From positions 8,544,001 through 8,608,000 of the forward strand of contig OY762007.1 in NCBI GenBank assembly GCA_963665115.1: a DNA stretch of 64,000 nt, given 5' to 3'. The notes under the pieces were generated by a model that had not been told where the DNA came from, did no database searches, and worked only from the letters and a program-made list of their open reading frames with translations. Position 1 is the first letter of the stretch. Every line of letters begins with the position of its first letter. The position numbers were made by a program, and so were the translations under genes. Of the stretch, positions 40,066-51,800 are shown piece by piece. The DNA comes from an uncultured Rivularia sp. GTDB taxonomy: Bacteria > Cyanobacteriota > Cyanobacteriia > Cyanobacteriales > Nostocaceae.

Positions 40066-42433
40066 ATGAACAATTCCTCTACCGAACAAATTTGGCAAAC
40101 ACCACCGCAACCCATCAATCAAATCCTGGAAGCAGCACCCCCACCGCAAATTCACCTTTCTCCTAACAGACAGTGGATGGTGGAGCTAGAACAGTCGCAG
40201 CTCGTTCCCATCGCTTTACTTGCCGAAGTTGAAGTTGCCGTAGCGGGTTTTCGGTTGAATCCACAAACTAATGGCCCGGCTCGTCACAATACTTACCACG
40301 GTATGAAGCTCAGGGCGCTAGATTCTCCCGAAAATACGAGAACAATAGAACTGCCAGAAAATCCCCGCATTGGCTTTGTCAAATGGTCTGCCGACAGTCA
40401 AAAATTAGCATTTACCCTTACCCAAGAAACAGGTTTAGAAGTGTGGGTTTTGCACGTTGAAAATGTAACTATTCAACGTTTAACCGAACCAGTACTTAAT
40501 GCTGCTTATGGAACTCCGTATCGTTGGCTTGATGATGAAACCTTAATTTGCAAGTTTGTTTCAAGTTCTCGCGGTGAATTACCTACCATATCGAACGTTC
40601 CTTCCGGCCCTTTAATTCAAGAAAACTTAGGTAGCAAAAAACCAACTCGCACTTATACAAATTTACTCAAAAATGCTCATGACGAGGCATTGTTTGAATA
40701 TTATTTAACTTCAACTTTAGAAAAAATCACTCTCCAAGGAAACCGCACTCAATTAATTACACCTGCTTTAATTAGCGAAGCGATACCTTCTCCCGATAGC
40801 AATTTTATTTTAATTTCTAGCATACAAAAACCGTTTTCTTATCAAGTACCCGCAGCACGTTTTCCCAGATATATATATGTAATTGATAATAATGGAAAGC
40901 AAATTTATCAAGTTGCAAATTTACCCCTTGATGAAGAACGTTCGATTAAATTTGATGCAGTACGCAAAGGTAGAAGACGGGTATCGTGGCGCAGCGATGT
41001 AAAAGCTACATTAACTTGGGTAGAAGCATTAGATGAAGGCAACCCTACTATAGAAGTTAGCGATCGCGATGCTTTATTTATCTTGGAAGCACCTTTCACT
41101 GCAACACCAACCCAAATCTGGAAGTCAGAGTATCGCTTTAACTCGATAGTTTGGGGGGTCTTCAGATACAGCCTTGGCTTATGAAAAATGGTACGATACC
41201 CGTCGTTCGAGAACTTGGCGAATTTATCCAAATAGCCCAGAAACACCACCAAAATTGCTATTTGACCGCAGTTTTGAAGATAAATACAACGCTCCCGGAA
41301 CACCATTAACAAAATTGGGAGACTACAGCTACAAAGTTTTACGTTTTGCTCCATGCGGGAATATTATATACTTCAGTGGACGCGGGGCATCTCCCGAAGG
41401 CGTGTATCCGTTTTTAGATAGTTTGAATTTAGAAACTCAAGAAACTCAACGTTTATGGCAATGCCAAGATCCTTATTACGAGCAAATCTTCGCCGTACTT
41501 GACGACGAAGCGCAAAACTTAATTACCGTGCGTCAGTCTCAGACGGAACCACCCAACCTGATACGAGTTTTTCGGAATAATAATGAAGAAAAGATACTTA
41601 CAGATTACCAAGACTCCGCACCGCAATTAGCAGGAGTTCATAAAGAATTAGTTCAGTATCAGCGAGCCGATGGAGTGCAACTGTCGGCTAAACTATATCT
41701 ACCTCCCAATTATGACCTCGAACGCGATGGTTCCTTACCGACAATATTGTGGGTGTATCCCGAAGAATTCAAAGATAAAGAATTTGCCGGACAAGTAACC
41801 ACAGCCGAAAACACCTTCAGCCGTCCCATTCGCGCCTCTATATTATTTTTGTTAACCCAAGGATATGCCGTACTTTCTGGAGCAACTTTACCAATAATTG
41901 GTGAAGGCGATCGCGAACCCAACGATACTTATGTAGAGCAATTAATAGCCGGAGCGCAAGCCGCAGTAGATTATGTAGTGGAACGTGGAATCGCCAACAG
42001 AAATAATATTGGTATAGGCGGTCACTCCTATGGTGCATTTACCACCGCAAATTTACTAGCTCATACAGATTTATTTTGTATGGGAATTGCCAGAAGTGGA
42101 GCTTACAACCGCACCCTAACACCATTTGGTTTTCAAGGAGAACAGCGTAACTTTTGGGAAGCACAAGAAACTTACATCAATATGTCACCCTTTACCCATG
42201 CATCAAAAATAAAGGCTCCATTATTATTAATTCACGGTGAAAACGATAGCAACGCAGGAACATATCCCTTACAAACCAAACGTTTATACGAAGCTCTCAA
42301 AGGATTAGGGGCAACCGTGCGATGGGTGGAATTACCAGCAGAAGCCCACGGTTATCGTTCCCTAGAAGCAGTTAGTCACGTACTTTGGGAAATGGTTAAT
42401 TGGTGCGATGAATATTTAAAAGTTAGGAGTTAG
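40066..42433 (+). CDS. S9 family prolyl oligopeptidase (glutamyl-endopeptidase-like), frameshifted at G6 41153-41158
   Basis: GGHSYGA nucleophile, RSGAYNRTLTPFGFQ, IHGENDSN, EAHGY. Confidence 0.9.
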
Positions 42434-42474
42434 GAGTTAGGAGTTAGAAATTACTCATGCGATAAATATTTGGA

Positions 42475-42642
42475 TAGGACTTACGCAAAGCAAGTTTGTC
42501 ATTGCGAGGGAAACGAAGTGTAGCGTTGCAATCTCAGCATTTTGATGATGAACCGCACCTTCGATGATTACGTAGCTTTCACCCGAAGGGTACAGTTCAT
42601 GGCTAGTAATAACACATTTACGTTACTTTTGTCTGAGTCCTA
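42475..42642. mobile_element. Degenerate MITE-like element
   Basis: TAGGACTTACGCA ... TGTCTGAGTCCTA terminal inverted repeats. Confidence 0.55.
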
Positions 42643-42778
42643 TTGAAAATATATCAATTATAAAGGTGAACTAAACAGATAGATTCCGGAAAAACCCAAA
42701 ATCTAAAATCTAAAATCCTAACACCCTAATGAGACTTTAGATTTAGGTTCGCCCATTTTTTCGAGAGTTCGGTTTTAT

Positions 42779-43036
42779 CTAAGTCCCATTAACGGTTTCC
42801 ACCGCTAAGCTAGGTTCTTCTTTCTTCTGTTTCTCGCTCAATTCTAATAAAGCTTCTGGTTTAAATCGAATTGTTCCAGAACTTGAATGGCGATAACGTT
42901 CGCCAACAAATACCGATAGCACGATATTGGTTTTATCGGGATTAGAGACGTACTTCACCGTGCAAACCTGCATCTTATTATTGAAGTAGGCAATAATGCG
43001 ATCGCCAGGTCGAATATCTAACGCTTGAATTTTCAT
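42779..43036 (-). CDS. Small hypothetical protein (KOW/SH3-like)
   Basis: ALDIRPGDRI; 85 aa. Confidence 0.55.
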   Translation of the reverse strand: MKIQALDIRPGDRIIAYFNNKMQVCTVKYVSNPDKTNIVLSVFVGERYRHSSSGTIRFKPEALLELSEKQKKEEPSLAVETVNGT

Positions 43037-43380
43037 ACATATTATGGTAACACTTTAACGGATAGAAACAGAAATTATTATTTTTCATCTAATTGTTCGT
43101 CTAATTCTCCCTCTTGGTCTAAAATATCTTCAACTTCGCTTGTTGGCTCATCCGAAAGGCACTTATCGGATTCATGGGGAGATATCAGCGATAGCTCAGA
43201 GTTAGATTCAAGAAGTGTCTAACTGAGCAGGAGCATGGCAAAGTTTTCGATTTTTACTTGTTTGTGCTGAAAAATCGATGTTTAATTTATATTCTCAAGA
43301 ACTAGAGGTGATGCGAGTACGTCAATCGCTACAAGGAAAGTTTGGTCTGATTGAAAATTTGCCATGCTTTTCAGGCATAG

Positions 43381-43475
43381 ACTACCAACCTTCAATTGGA
43401 TATTTAGCCTTCTCCCAAGCAGTTAAACCACCAATTAGTTCAGAAACGTTTCGATAACTAGCTTGGCGCAGAAAA
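43381..43475 (-). pseudogene. C-terminal remnant of rhodanese-domain protein
   Basis: FLRQASYRNVSELIGGLTAWEKAKYPIEG. Confidence 0.6.
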
Positions 43476-43907
43476 AAACATTCACCGATACTTTACGTCT
43501 CATCAGAATTAATGGAATGGACAATCTTAGAGCAATATAGGAGTAGTTAAAAAAATAATTTTCCAAACTTAGTGCTAAGCATAACCAAAATTTGCCTTAT
43601 TTGGCTACTGCTTACTCCGTGTTTTTTACCTTTTGTTCATCAAATCCCTGGTCTTTTTTTGCTCTTAAATCAGATATAATAGATATTATATTTATTCTAC
43701 GACCAAAGTATTTTGCAAGTTTTACTCTTCTTCGTGATTTAAAGATCGATTGTTGAGAAATAATGTTATACTTAATCCTGAGAACCAAAAGATTAACGAT
43801 TAAGTTGGTATTCAGTATCAAAGGTTTTTCCATAAAGTATTGAGCTATTTCTTTTCCAATAATCTTCTCTCTCTAAACACAACACTCATTGAGAAGACAA
43901 TCAAAAT

Positions 43908-44198
43908 ATGTCAATTTACGTTGGTAATTTATCTTATGAAGTTAGTGAAGAAGGCTTAAATGAAGTCTTTACCAAGTATGGGGCTGTTAAACGGGTTCAT
44001 ATTCCTACCGATCGCGAAACAGGTCGCGTCCGGGGATTTGCTTTTGTAGAAATGGAATCTGAAGGCGACGAAGACAAAGCTATTGAAGCTTTAGACGGAG
44101 CAGAATGGATGGAGCGCAGTCTAAAGGTTAATAAAGCTATACCTCGCGAAGACAGAAGCTCATCTGGTGGTGGTGGTCGTAGAAACAACCGCTTCTAA
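43908..44198 (+). CDS. rbp: RRM RNA-binding protein (cyanobacterial Rbp family)
   Basis: RNP2 IYVGNL, RNP1 RGFAFVEM, Gly-rich tail. Confidence 0.95.
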   Translation: MSIYVGNLSYEVSEEGLNEVFTKYGAVKRVHIPTDRETGRVRGFAFVEMESEGDEDKAIEALDGAEWMERSLKVNKAIPREDRSSSGGGGRRNNRF

Positions 44199-44214
44199 AT
44201 TTCAAAGTTAAATC

Positions 44215-44280
44215 AAAAAAAATAACGCTTCTGGAAATCAAGCAGATTAGTTCTACATCGCTTTCCTAGAGGCGTTTTTT
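44215..44280. terminator. Probable bidirectional terminator
   Basis: A-run, AACGCTTCT...AGAGGCGTT, T-run between convergent genes. Confidence 0.5.
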
Positions 44281-44316
44281 GTATAAACGAGAAATAATAC
44301 AGTATTGCAAGTTGAT

Positions 44317-45006
44317 TTATTCACGTCCTAAAAGAATTGATTCTCCGATACGCAGGTTATTAATTCGTCCCACTTTCTGTGCAGATTTGTACCATTCATA
44401 GTTGGCAGAATTTCCCCCAGAAGTGATGGGTAGATTAATTTGAAATTCCTTTTCCATAGCTTCGGTTAAGTCCGATAGTTGCTGCATTTTCTGGTTATCG
44501 GGCTGAATTCCTCCATAACAAGCCAAATTACAGCCTAGTCCGACGATTTTTATCTGAGGAAAGGAAAGAACTTTTTTAATGAATGAGAAAACGTCGCGAG
44601 GAAGTATTCCTTCTCTCAAATCACCCATTTCCACCATTAAAATTATTTGATGAATCTTATTCTGTCTCTTTGCATAATAATTAAGCTCTTGAATCGTCTC
44701 AATTTCGGTGTTGAGGCTAATGTCTACATCTTCAACAACAGATTCTGCTTGACTTAAAGCAGTGCGGAGTAAAACAAAAGTCGCCGAGATTCTCGCAATC
44801 TTCATCCTTTGAATGTTTTCTAATCGAGAGTCAGCAATATACTTTACACCACCTCGAATCATAGCTTCTGCAATTAAAGGCTCTCCTAATACCGCTTTGG
44901 AGACTCCCATTAAAGAAATACCCTGTTGTCCGTATTCGCATAATATTCGAGCGTTATGCTGTATTTTGGATAGGGAAATCTCGATTCTTGGCATAAATGC
45001 TTTCAT
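44317..45006 (-). CDS. Alanine/ornithine racemase family PLP enzyme, apparently lacking the C-terminal domain
   Basis: GVSKAVLG (PLP Lys), ADSRLEN, EMGDLREG, SGGNS, RIGESILLG then stop. Confidence 0.75.
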   Translation of the reverse strand: MKAFMPRIEISLSKIQHNARILCEYGQQGISLMGVSKAVLGEPLIAEAMIRGGVKYIADSRLENIQRMKIARISATFVLLRTALSQAESVVEDVDISLNTEIETIQELNYYAKRQNKIHQIILMVEMGDLREGILPRDVFSFIKKVLSFPQIKIVGLGCNLACYGGIQPDNQKMQQLSDLTEAMEKEFQINLPITSGGNSANYEWYKSAQKVGRINNLRIGESILLGRE

Positions 45007-45030
45007 GTATTTTATTTAAACGTTTTGCGT

Positions 45031-46149
45031 TTACCTTGTCGTTAATAAAGAAGTTGTCTGAGAATTTAGTTTCTTTTGACGATCAAGACTTGGAAAACGA
45101 TTACCTAAAGTACGAACGAGTTTTTGACAGCCAGAAGTTAAAACATCTGTAGTTGGTAATTGCAGACGATCTTCATAGCCTTCGATAGTTTTAATTACTT
45201 CCGTTTCTGTCAAATTTTCATGGTTTAACGCGATCGCAATTACCTGAGATTGAGAAATTGCTTCAATCAAGAGAATTTCACTTTCAATTGTCGGCATTGC
45301 TAGATGGGGGAAATCGCAGCGAAATTTCCTTGCAGGAGGATGTTGCAAAATAATTCCATCGGGCATACTTGCTTTTAAAATGCCTACAGAACTCATAAAA
45401 GCAGGATGAGAGACTGCACTTTGTCCTTCCACTAAAATAATATCTGGACTTTCTCGTTCAAAAGCTTGGACAACGGCATTTTCTATTTCTCCGATGACAA
45501 ATTGAGACACCAGCGCGTCGATGGATACACCATACCTTGCCCCTTGCATCAAGCCAGTTTGACCTGTGGCTACCAACACCGACTTGATGCCCAAACTATT
45601 TAAAGCTTTGTTTAATTCCACTGCGGTAGTCATTTTTCCGCAAGCGCAATCAGTACCCAAAACGGCAACTACAGGAATATTAACTTTAGCGATTTGTCCT
45701 GTAAACACATGGAGATCTTCTAATTTTGGAGGTTTTCTGATGTCCTTAATTTCAATTTTATAGTTCGCAGCCATTTCGCTAAACTCAGAATCTTCAGAAA
45801 AGAACTGATGCAGACCATTAATAATATCCATACCTTTGGTCATTGCTTCCAAGATTAATGCTCTTTCTTCAATGGGTATGGAAGCCTCTAAAGGAGCTTT
45901 ACCGTAAATGTAGCAATCAGGAATATCTGGTAACTTATCTAAAGCTGACTGTAGGCTAGCAAAAATGGGAATATCATTTTTTTTATTGTCTAATTCTTCT
46001 CCTGCATCCTTGCCAGCTAAAGAACTATCGATTACACCGACGATATTATAAATTTCCGAATGTCTAACTAAACCGGCTGCGGTTTTGCCATCCATTAAGC
46101 CAAATTGATTTTCACAGTAAACTAAAGCTGTTTTTTTTGCGATCAACAT
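45031..46149 (-). CDS. DUF1611 family protein (DgcN-like P-loop protein)
   Basis: GKTAAGLVRH, GTDCACGKMTT, ATGQTG, VEGQ. Confidence 0.85.
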   Translation of the reverse strand: MLIAKKTALVYCENQFGLMDGKTAAGLVRHSEIYNIVGVIDSSLAGKDAGEELDNKKNDIPIFASLQSALDKLPDIPDCYIYGKAPLEASIPIEERALILEAMTKGMDIINGLHQFFSEDSEFSEMAANYKIEIKDIRKPPKLEDLHVFTGQIAKVNIPVVAVLGTDCACGKMTTAVELNKALNSLGIKSVLVATGQTGLMQGARYGVSIDALVSQFVIGEIENAVVQAFERESPDIILVEGQSAVSHPAFMSSVGILKASMPDGIILQHPPARKFRCDFPHLAMPTIESEILLIEAISQSQVIAIALNHENLTETEVIKTIEGYEDRLQLPTTDVLTSGCQKLVRTLGNRFPSLDRQKKLNSQTTSLLTTR

Positions 46150-46236
46150 TAAGATTGTTTTTCTTCTTTTCTAATGTTTACTGATGTATGGTGATGGAAG
46201 TTTTGACCGCAGCAGGTCAGTCCATCTTTTATACTT

Positions 46237-46600
46237 TTAAAGACGATTTACTACTGGCTCATCCAAATAAGCTCCCTTCAAGTCAGCTCCCTCTAATTTA
46301 GTCTCGCTCAAGTTAACTCCTGTCAGGTCAGCCCCTCGCAGATCGGCTCCTTGTAAGTTAGTTTCTCGTAGGTTTGCTCCCCGTAGGTCTGTTCCTCCTA
46401 GATTAGCACCCCGTAAGTCTACTCCTCTCAAGTCAGCGTCTCTCAAATCAGAGCCACTTAGGTCAGAGTCAATCATTTAAGCATCAATCAAGCACGCTTC
46501 AACCATTTCCGCATCAGCCAGATTTGATTGATTTAGTTTAGCTTGATTCAAATGAGCTTTAGTTAGGTTTGTTCCTTGTAAGTTAGCTCCAATTAAGTGC
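46237..46600 (-). pseudogene. Pentapeptide repeat protein interrupted by stop at 46477-46479
   Basis: A(D/N)LxG repeats continue upstream of the listed ORF (LIGANLQGTNLTKAHLNQAKL...). Confidence 0.65.
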
Positions 46601-46644
46601 ATTTTGTTGAGTAATCGGTTTTAAAACTGGCTTTTTTGAGAATA

Positions 46645-46678
46645 GTGATACACCTTCGGTGTCGGCTTCACCTATCGC
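46645..46678. mobile_element. Very small element inserted in a degenerate HIP1 site
   Basis: GTGA-[TACACCTTCGGTGTCGGCTTCACCTA]-TCGC with C(UUCG)G hairpin. Confidence 0.45.
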
Positions 46679-47259
46679 AAAGAAGAATAAATATCTGCTT
46701 TCATATAAAATAAATCAGTAAGTAACTTACTTACCGATTGTAAAATTCTAGTCAGATATAGCTGTATGATTTTAATCGTTTCCAGTGTTGGAATCAGTTA
46801 GTCCTTAATGCTTGAAATAAAAAGGTTTTTTGCTCCCAAAGCTTATAGGCATTTAGCGATGTCTTTTTTGTTCGGCGATCGGAACAACTTCGCAGCCACA
46901 AAACAAGCAAGGCTAGGTTAAACAAAAGATAAATTGCTGATATAAATTTGACATAGAACTTCTCCTCAATAAAAGGGTGTAGAGATTATAGGTTCGGAGA
47001 GGAGTCTAGGTCGTTAGTCTAAATACCCGAAAGTATTTCTCATGCGATATCATTGTAACGAGTAAATCTATACTAATACGAGAAAGATACAACTCTTATT
47101 AATACAAGAATTGATAAATTTTTAGATCTTAAATTTTGCGGAAACTTCGGGTGTAGATGTTCTTTCCCCCAAGCTAAGCATCGAGGGATTTTGGATTACA
47201 AATCTGAATTAAATTAGGAGTTATAAATTATAAATTATAAATTATTGATAATTGTTCAT

Positions 47260-47462
47260 TAGACATCTGCGGAAAACATTTGTATGGTTTCAACTTTTCG
47301 GTAAAACCTAACCCCCTACCCCCCTTCCCTACGAGGGAAGGGGGAAAATTAAGCCTCTCTCCCTGTGGGGGAGAGGTACTCTACGAGAAAACGCTGAGCC
47401 GCACGCCGAAGGCGTGAACGCGTTCATGGAGAGGGGTTCTTGTTGATTTCCGGAGATGTCTA
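47260..47462. mobile_element. MITE with 16-bp TIRs ending in TA, palindromic core and nested ~49-bp insert
   Basis: TAGACATCTGCGGAAA / TTTCCGGAGATGTCTA. Confidence 0.8.
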
Positions 47463-47494
47463 TTGATAATTGTTAATTGATAACTATTCATCGA

Positions 47495-47863
47495 TCAAAA
47501 CTTCTGCATTTTATTGCTAACTGGGTCAAAATTCGGAGTGAAACGAGTGCTGTTATCGTAGCAAGCTCTATCGAGATTAGCTCCATAAATCTTGGTATAT
47601 TTGAGTTTGGCTCCTCGGAGGTTGGCATCTTTGAGATTTGCGCCGCTCAAATTGGCTCGGATCAAATTAGCATTCGCTAAGTTCGCACCTCCTAAATTAG
47701 CTCCCCATAATTTGGCTTTAGCTAAATTGGCATCAGTTAGATCGGCAGCAAAAAAATTAGCTCCAACTAAATTAGCTCCAATCAACTTGGCTTTAGCTAA
47801 ATTAACTGCTGTAAAATCTCTTTCTCCTGCATCGTAACGTCGCTGTAGTTCCTCAGCATCCAT
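47495..47863 (-). CDS. Pentapeptide repeat protein
   Basis: MDAEELQRRYDAGERDF then A(N/K)LxG repeats. Confidence 0.9.
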   Translation of the reverse strand: MDAEELQRRYDAGERDFTAVNLAKAKLIGANLVGANFFAADLTDANLAKAKLWGANLGGANLANANLIRANLSGANLKDANLRGAKLKYTKIYGANLDRACYDNSTRFTPNFDPVSNKMQKF

Positions 47864-48023
47864 ATTTATTTAACCTTCGCGAGTAATTTTGAAACTATTT
47901 CACTCCCATATATCTAAATTTTAGTCGATTATAAAAGCAACTGTTAAATTTGTTTCCCAAGCTAATTAATTTGTGTCCACCTACTTACTTACCTCCTTCA
48001 GCCTTTTTCACGACTTAGTTTTA

Positions 48024-48521
48024 CTAGAAACTTAAGCAATTATCATCTAAATTCTCAGTTCTTTGCTGATTATTTTTCTCAGATTTCCAGTACAATCTAC
48101 CACCTAAGCAAACACCGACATAACCGAATAATCTACGCCACTTGCTGACACCTGCTTCTTCCATCATTTTTAGGAATAAATCGTCAGCCTCTTTGCGAGA
48201 GTAGAATATGTTTTGAGGTTCAATGGTTCCTAATAATTTTTTATTGTCATGGTACTTTCGTTTTCCTCCTCTGCTCATATACATGAAATCGTGAATTAAC
48301 GGTGCTTCGAGAGAAAGCTCATGTACTCCAACTATTCTCCAGAAAATTCTAGGAATCGAAGATAAATCAAACTTAAAACCTTTATTGATGATAATTTTAG
48401 CATCTTTAATCTCATCAAAATAATGGTATTCCTCTTCCAAAGTCCATATATTTTCCACAGGATTGTAAGATAATTTTACTCGTGGAAATTTTGATATTGC
48501 TGATTTGTTAAGAGTTTGCAT
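48024..48521 (-). CDS. DUF1353 family protein
   Basis: GFKFDLSSIPR, IHDFMY, EADDLF...GV. Confidence 0.8.
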   Translation of the reverse strand: MQTLNKSAISKFPRVKLSYNPVENIWTLEEEYHYFDEIKDAKIIINKGFKFDLSSIPRIFWRIVGVHELSLEAPLIHDFMYMSRGGKRKYHDNKKLLGTIEPQNIFYSRKEADDLFLKMMEEAGVSKWRRLFGYVGVCLGGRLYWKSEKNNQQRTENLDDNCLSF

Positions 48522-48889
48522 GACTTAGTTTTCCTATATTTATATTAACGACGTATTATGTTTTCTATTCTTATCTCCATGAAAAAAAACTTTTTTACGT
48601 ATTTTTCGCTGGTAAAAGTACCAGAATAAAATTTGTCACGCAGAAACCTGCGATAAATAGAGGTGTTTTTCTATATACAGTTAGACCGGATTTGGAATTG
48701 TCATACTTTGAATATTTAGATGAAATTTGTAGAGAATCTGCTCGTTAAACTGAGTAAACAAATATTTATTGCAAGTTTGAACGGTTTTATATTGTGATAA
48801 TTAACCGTTTTCAAGGAACATGGCTACATTCACGTCACAAATATGTAATTCTTGTAGAATAATTGTGATGTATATCTCAGTACTGTCTG

Positions 48890-51800
48890 ATGACCGAGGA
48901 AGAACTGCTACAGGTAATTGAACGAGCAGCAACAGAGGGAGCGACGGAATTAGACCTTTCTAGTAATGTTTTGACTGCTTTACCCGCAGAAATTGTCCAA
49001 CTCACCAATTTGCAAACCCTCTACCTCTACAACAATCAACTGAGTAGTTTACCAGCAGAAATTGTCCAACTCACCAATTTGCGAACCCTCCACCTCGATA
49101 GCAATCAACTGAGTAGTTTACCAGCAGAAATTGTCCAACTCACCAATTTGCAATCCCTCGACCTCAGAAGCAATAAACTGAGTAGTTTACCAGCAGAAAT
49201 TGTCCAACTCACCAATTTGCAATCCCTCAACCTCACTTTCAATCAACTGTGTAGTTTTCCAGGAGAAATTGTCCAACTCACCAATTTGCAAACCCTCGAC
49301 CTCAGTGGCAATCAACTGAGTAGTTTACCAGCAGAGTTTGGACAACTCACCAATTTGCTACTCCTCCACCTCAGTGGCAATCAACTGAGTAGTTTACCAG
49401 CAGAATTTGGACAACTCACCAATTTGCTACTCCTTTACCTCAGTGGCAATCAACTGAGTAGTTTACCAGCAGAATTTGGACAACTCACCAATTTACAAAC
49501 TCTCGACCTCAGCAGTAATCAACTGAGTATTTTACCAGAAACAATTAAAAGACTCACTAAACTTGAAAAACTGGATTTACGCAGGAACCCACTCCCAATT
49601 CCACCGGAAATTTTGGGGTCAAAAAACACATGGAAAGATCTAGGAGATGTCTCGGAAATCCTTGATTTTTATTTCCGAGTACAAGATCCATCAGAAACGG
49701 AACCCCTTTATGAAGCAAAATTATTAATTGTTGGGGAAGGAGAAGCGGGTAAAACTTCTTTAGCTAAGAAAATTGAAGATGAAAACTACCAACTCAAAGG
49801 AGATGAGAAATCAACCGAAGGAATTGATGTAATTCAGTGGAAGTTCCCACTACCCAATGGTAAAGAATTTTGCGTTAATATCTGGGATTTTGGTGGACAA
49901 GAAATTTACCATCAAACTCATCAATTTTTTCTATCCAAACGTTCTTTTTATGTTTTAGTTGCAGATAACCGTAGAGAAAATCCTAACTTTTACTGGTGGC
50001 TGAAAGTTGTCGAACTTTTAAGCGATAATAGCCCAGTTTTGATTATTAAAAATGAAAAAAAAGACCGCCAGTGTGAAGTGAATGAACGCCAGCTACGGGG
50101 AGAGTTTTTGAATTTAAAAGAAGTTTTAGTAACTAACTTAGATACAAATCGCGGTTTAGCAGAAATTAAAAAGAATATTCAAAATTATATTAGTAATCTT
50201 GACCATGTTGGTGATGCTTCACCTTTACCAACAATTTGGGTGAGAGTGCGAGCAGCTTTAGACAACGATTCTCGCAATTACATTAGTCGAGAAGAATATT
50301 ATCAACTTTGTAGAATTAATAATTTAACTGACTCTAAAGATATGCTGCGGTTGAGTAGCTTTTTACATGACTTAGGGGTTTGTCTGCATTTTCAAGATGA
50401 TTCTACACTGAAACATTGCATAATTCTCAAACCAGAATGGGCAACAACTGCGGTTTATAAAGTATTAGATAATAAAACCGTCATCAAAAATCTAGGATGT
50501 TTTACTCAAGAACAACTCGCTGATATTTGGAAGGATAGTGAATATAGCGATATGCAAGATGAACTGCTGCAATTAATGATGCGGTTTAAACTCTGCTACC
50601 CAATTCCAAATGATTCTGGTAAATACATTTCGCCACAACTACTCGATATTAACGAACCCAAATACACTTGGGATAAATCGAATAATCTCATCTTGCGCTA
50701 CAAATATGATTTTATGCCCAAAGGTATTATTACCCGCTTCATTGTAGAAACACACCCTTGGATTGAACAACAAACACTCGTTTGGAGAAGTGGGGTTGTT
50801 CTCAACAAAGACGAAAGTCGTGCTGAAGTCATTGAAAACTATAATCAGAAGGAAATTAAAGTAAGGGTATCGGGAAACCGCAAAAAAGAATTGCTCGCGG
50901 TTGTCACTCACGAATTAGATAAAATTCATGGTTCTTTTGAGCGTTTGCAATATCAAACCTTGGTTCCCTGTAACTGTAGTGAATGTGTAGAAAGTGAAAA
51001 TCCTTATACTTATGCTTTAGAAAATTTGCGTAGACGTTTAGAAAGGCGTAGAAATGAAATTGAGTGCGATCGCAGTTTTGAAAATGTAAATATCCGTAGA
51101 TTGATTGATGATGTAAATTTACCACTTCAACAAGAAAATCGGGATTCTGTTGTCAAAGAATCACCATTGCAAGAGGAATTAGAAAGCGATAGAAAGCAAT
51201 CATTTAATCAAAATCAAACTAAAATGAATTACCAAGATTTTCAAATATTAGTTGATAAAAATAAGAATATTCGTGCTTCCTCTTCTCAAGGCGAGGTTTC
51301 TGGTGAATTAAGTTTAGATATGAGCCGAACAAAGCATACATTAAAATTAATCGAGCATCAGGTAAAAGATGCCGAATTGCTGAAAGGATTGGGCAATGAA
51401 CTCTACCAAGCACTATTTCCCAACCAAATTAATGCTCGATTCCACGCAACAATGGCAGAAGCAAAAGCGAAAAAAGATAGCGTGCGTTTGCGTTTAATAT
51501 TTGAATCTCCCGAAGTAGCTTCCATACCTTGGGAATTCCTCTACGACGAAGGTAATAACACCTTTTTAGGAAACAATACCGAAACCGTACTCTCGCGCTA
51601 TATTGATATTCCCCTACAAAAACGCGATATTAAAGCTGCCAGTTTACCCCTGAAAGTTTTATTAGTAATCTCCGCTCCGAGCAACTTAAGCAAATTGGAC
51701 GTTTCTGGAGAAGAAAAACTAATTCAAGAAGCACTGAAAAAACACATAGAAAAAGGAAAAATTGAGTTAGATGTCTTAAAAACAGCTACGAGACGGGATA

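Noticed and set aside
43075..43366. Minus-strand acidic frame (MANFQSDQ...ELDEQLDEK)
   Set aside because: Two internal stops and no recognisable family; too weak to annotate
48980..49540. 69-bp repeats as CRISPR or a diversity-generating retroelement target
   Set aside because: In-frame coding LRRs; no spacers, template repeat or reverse transcriptase in the window
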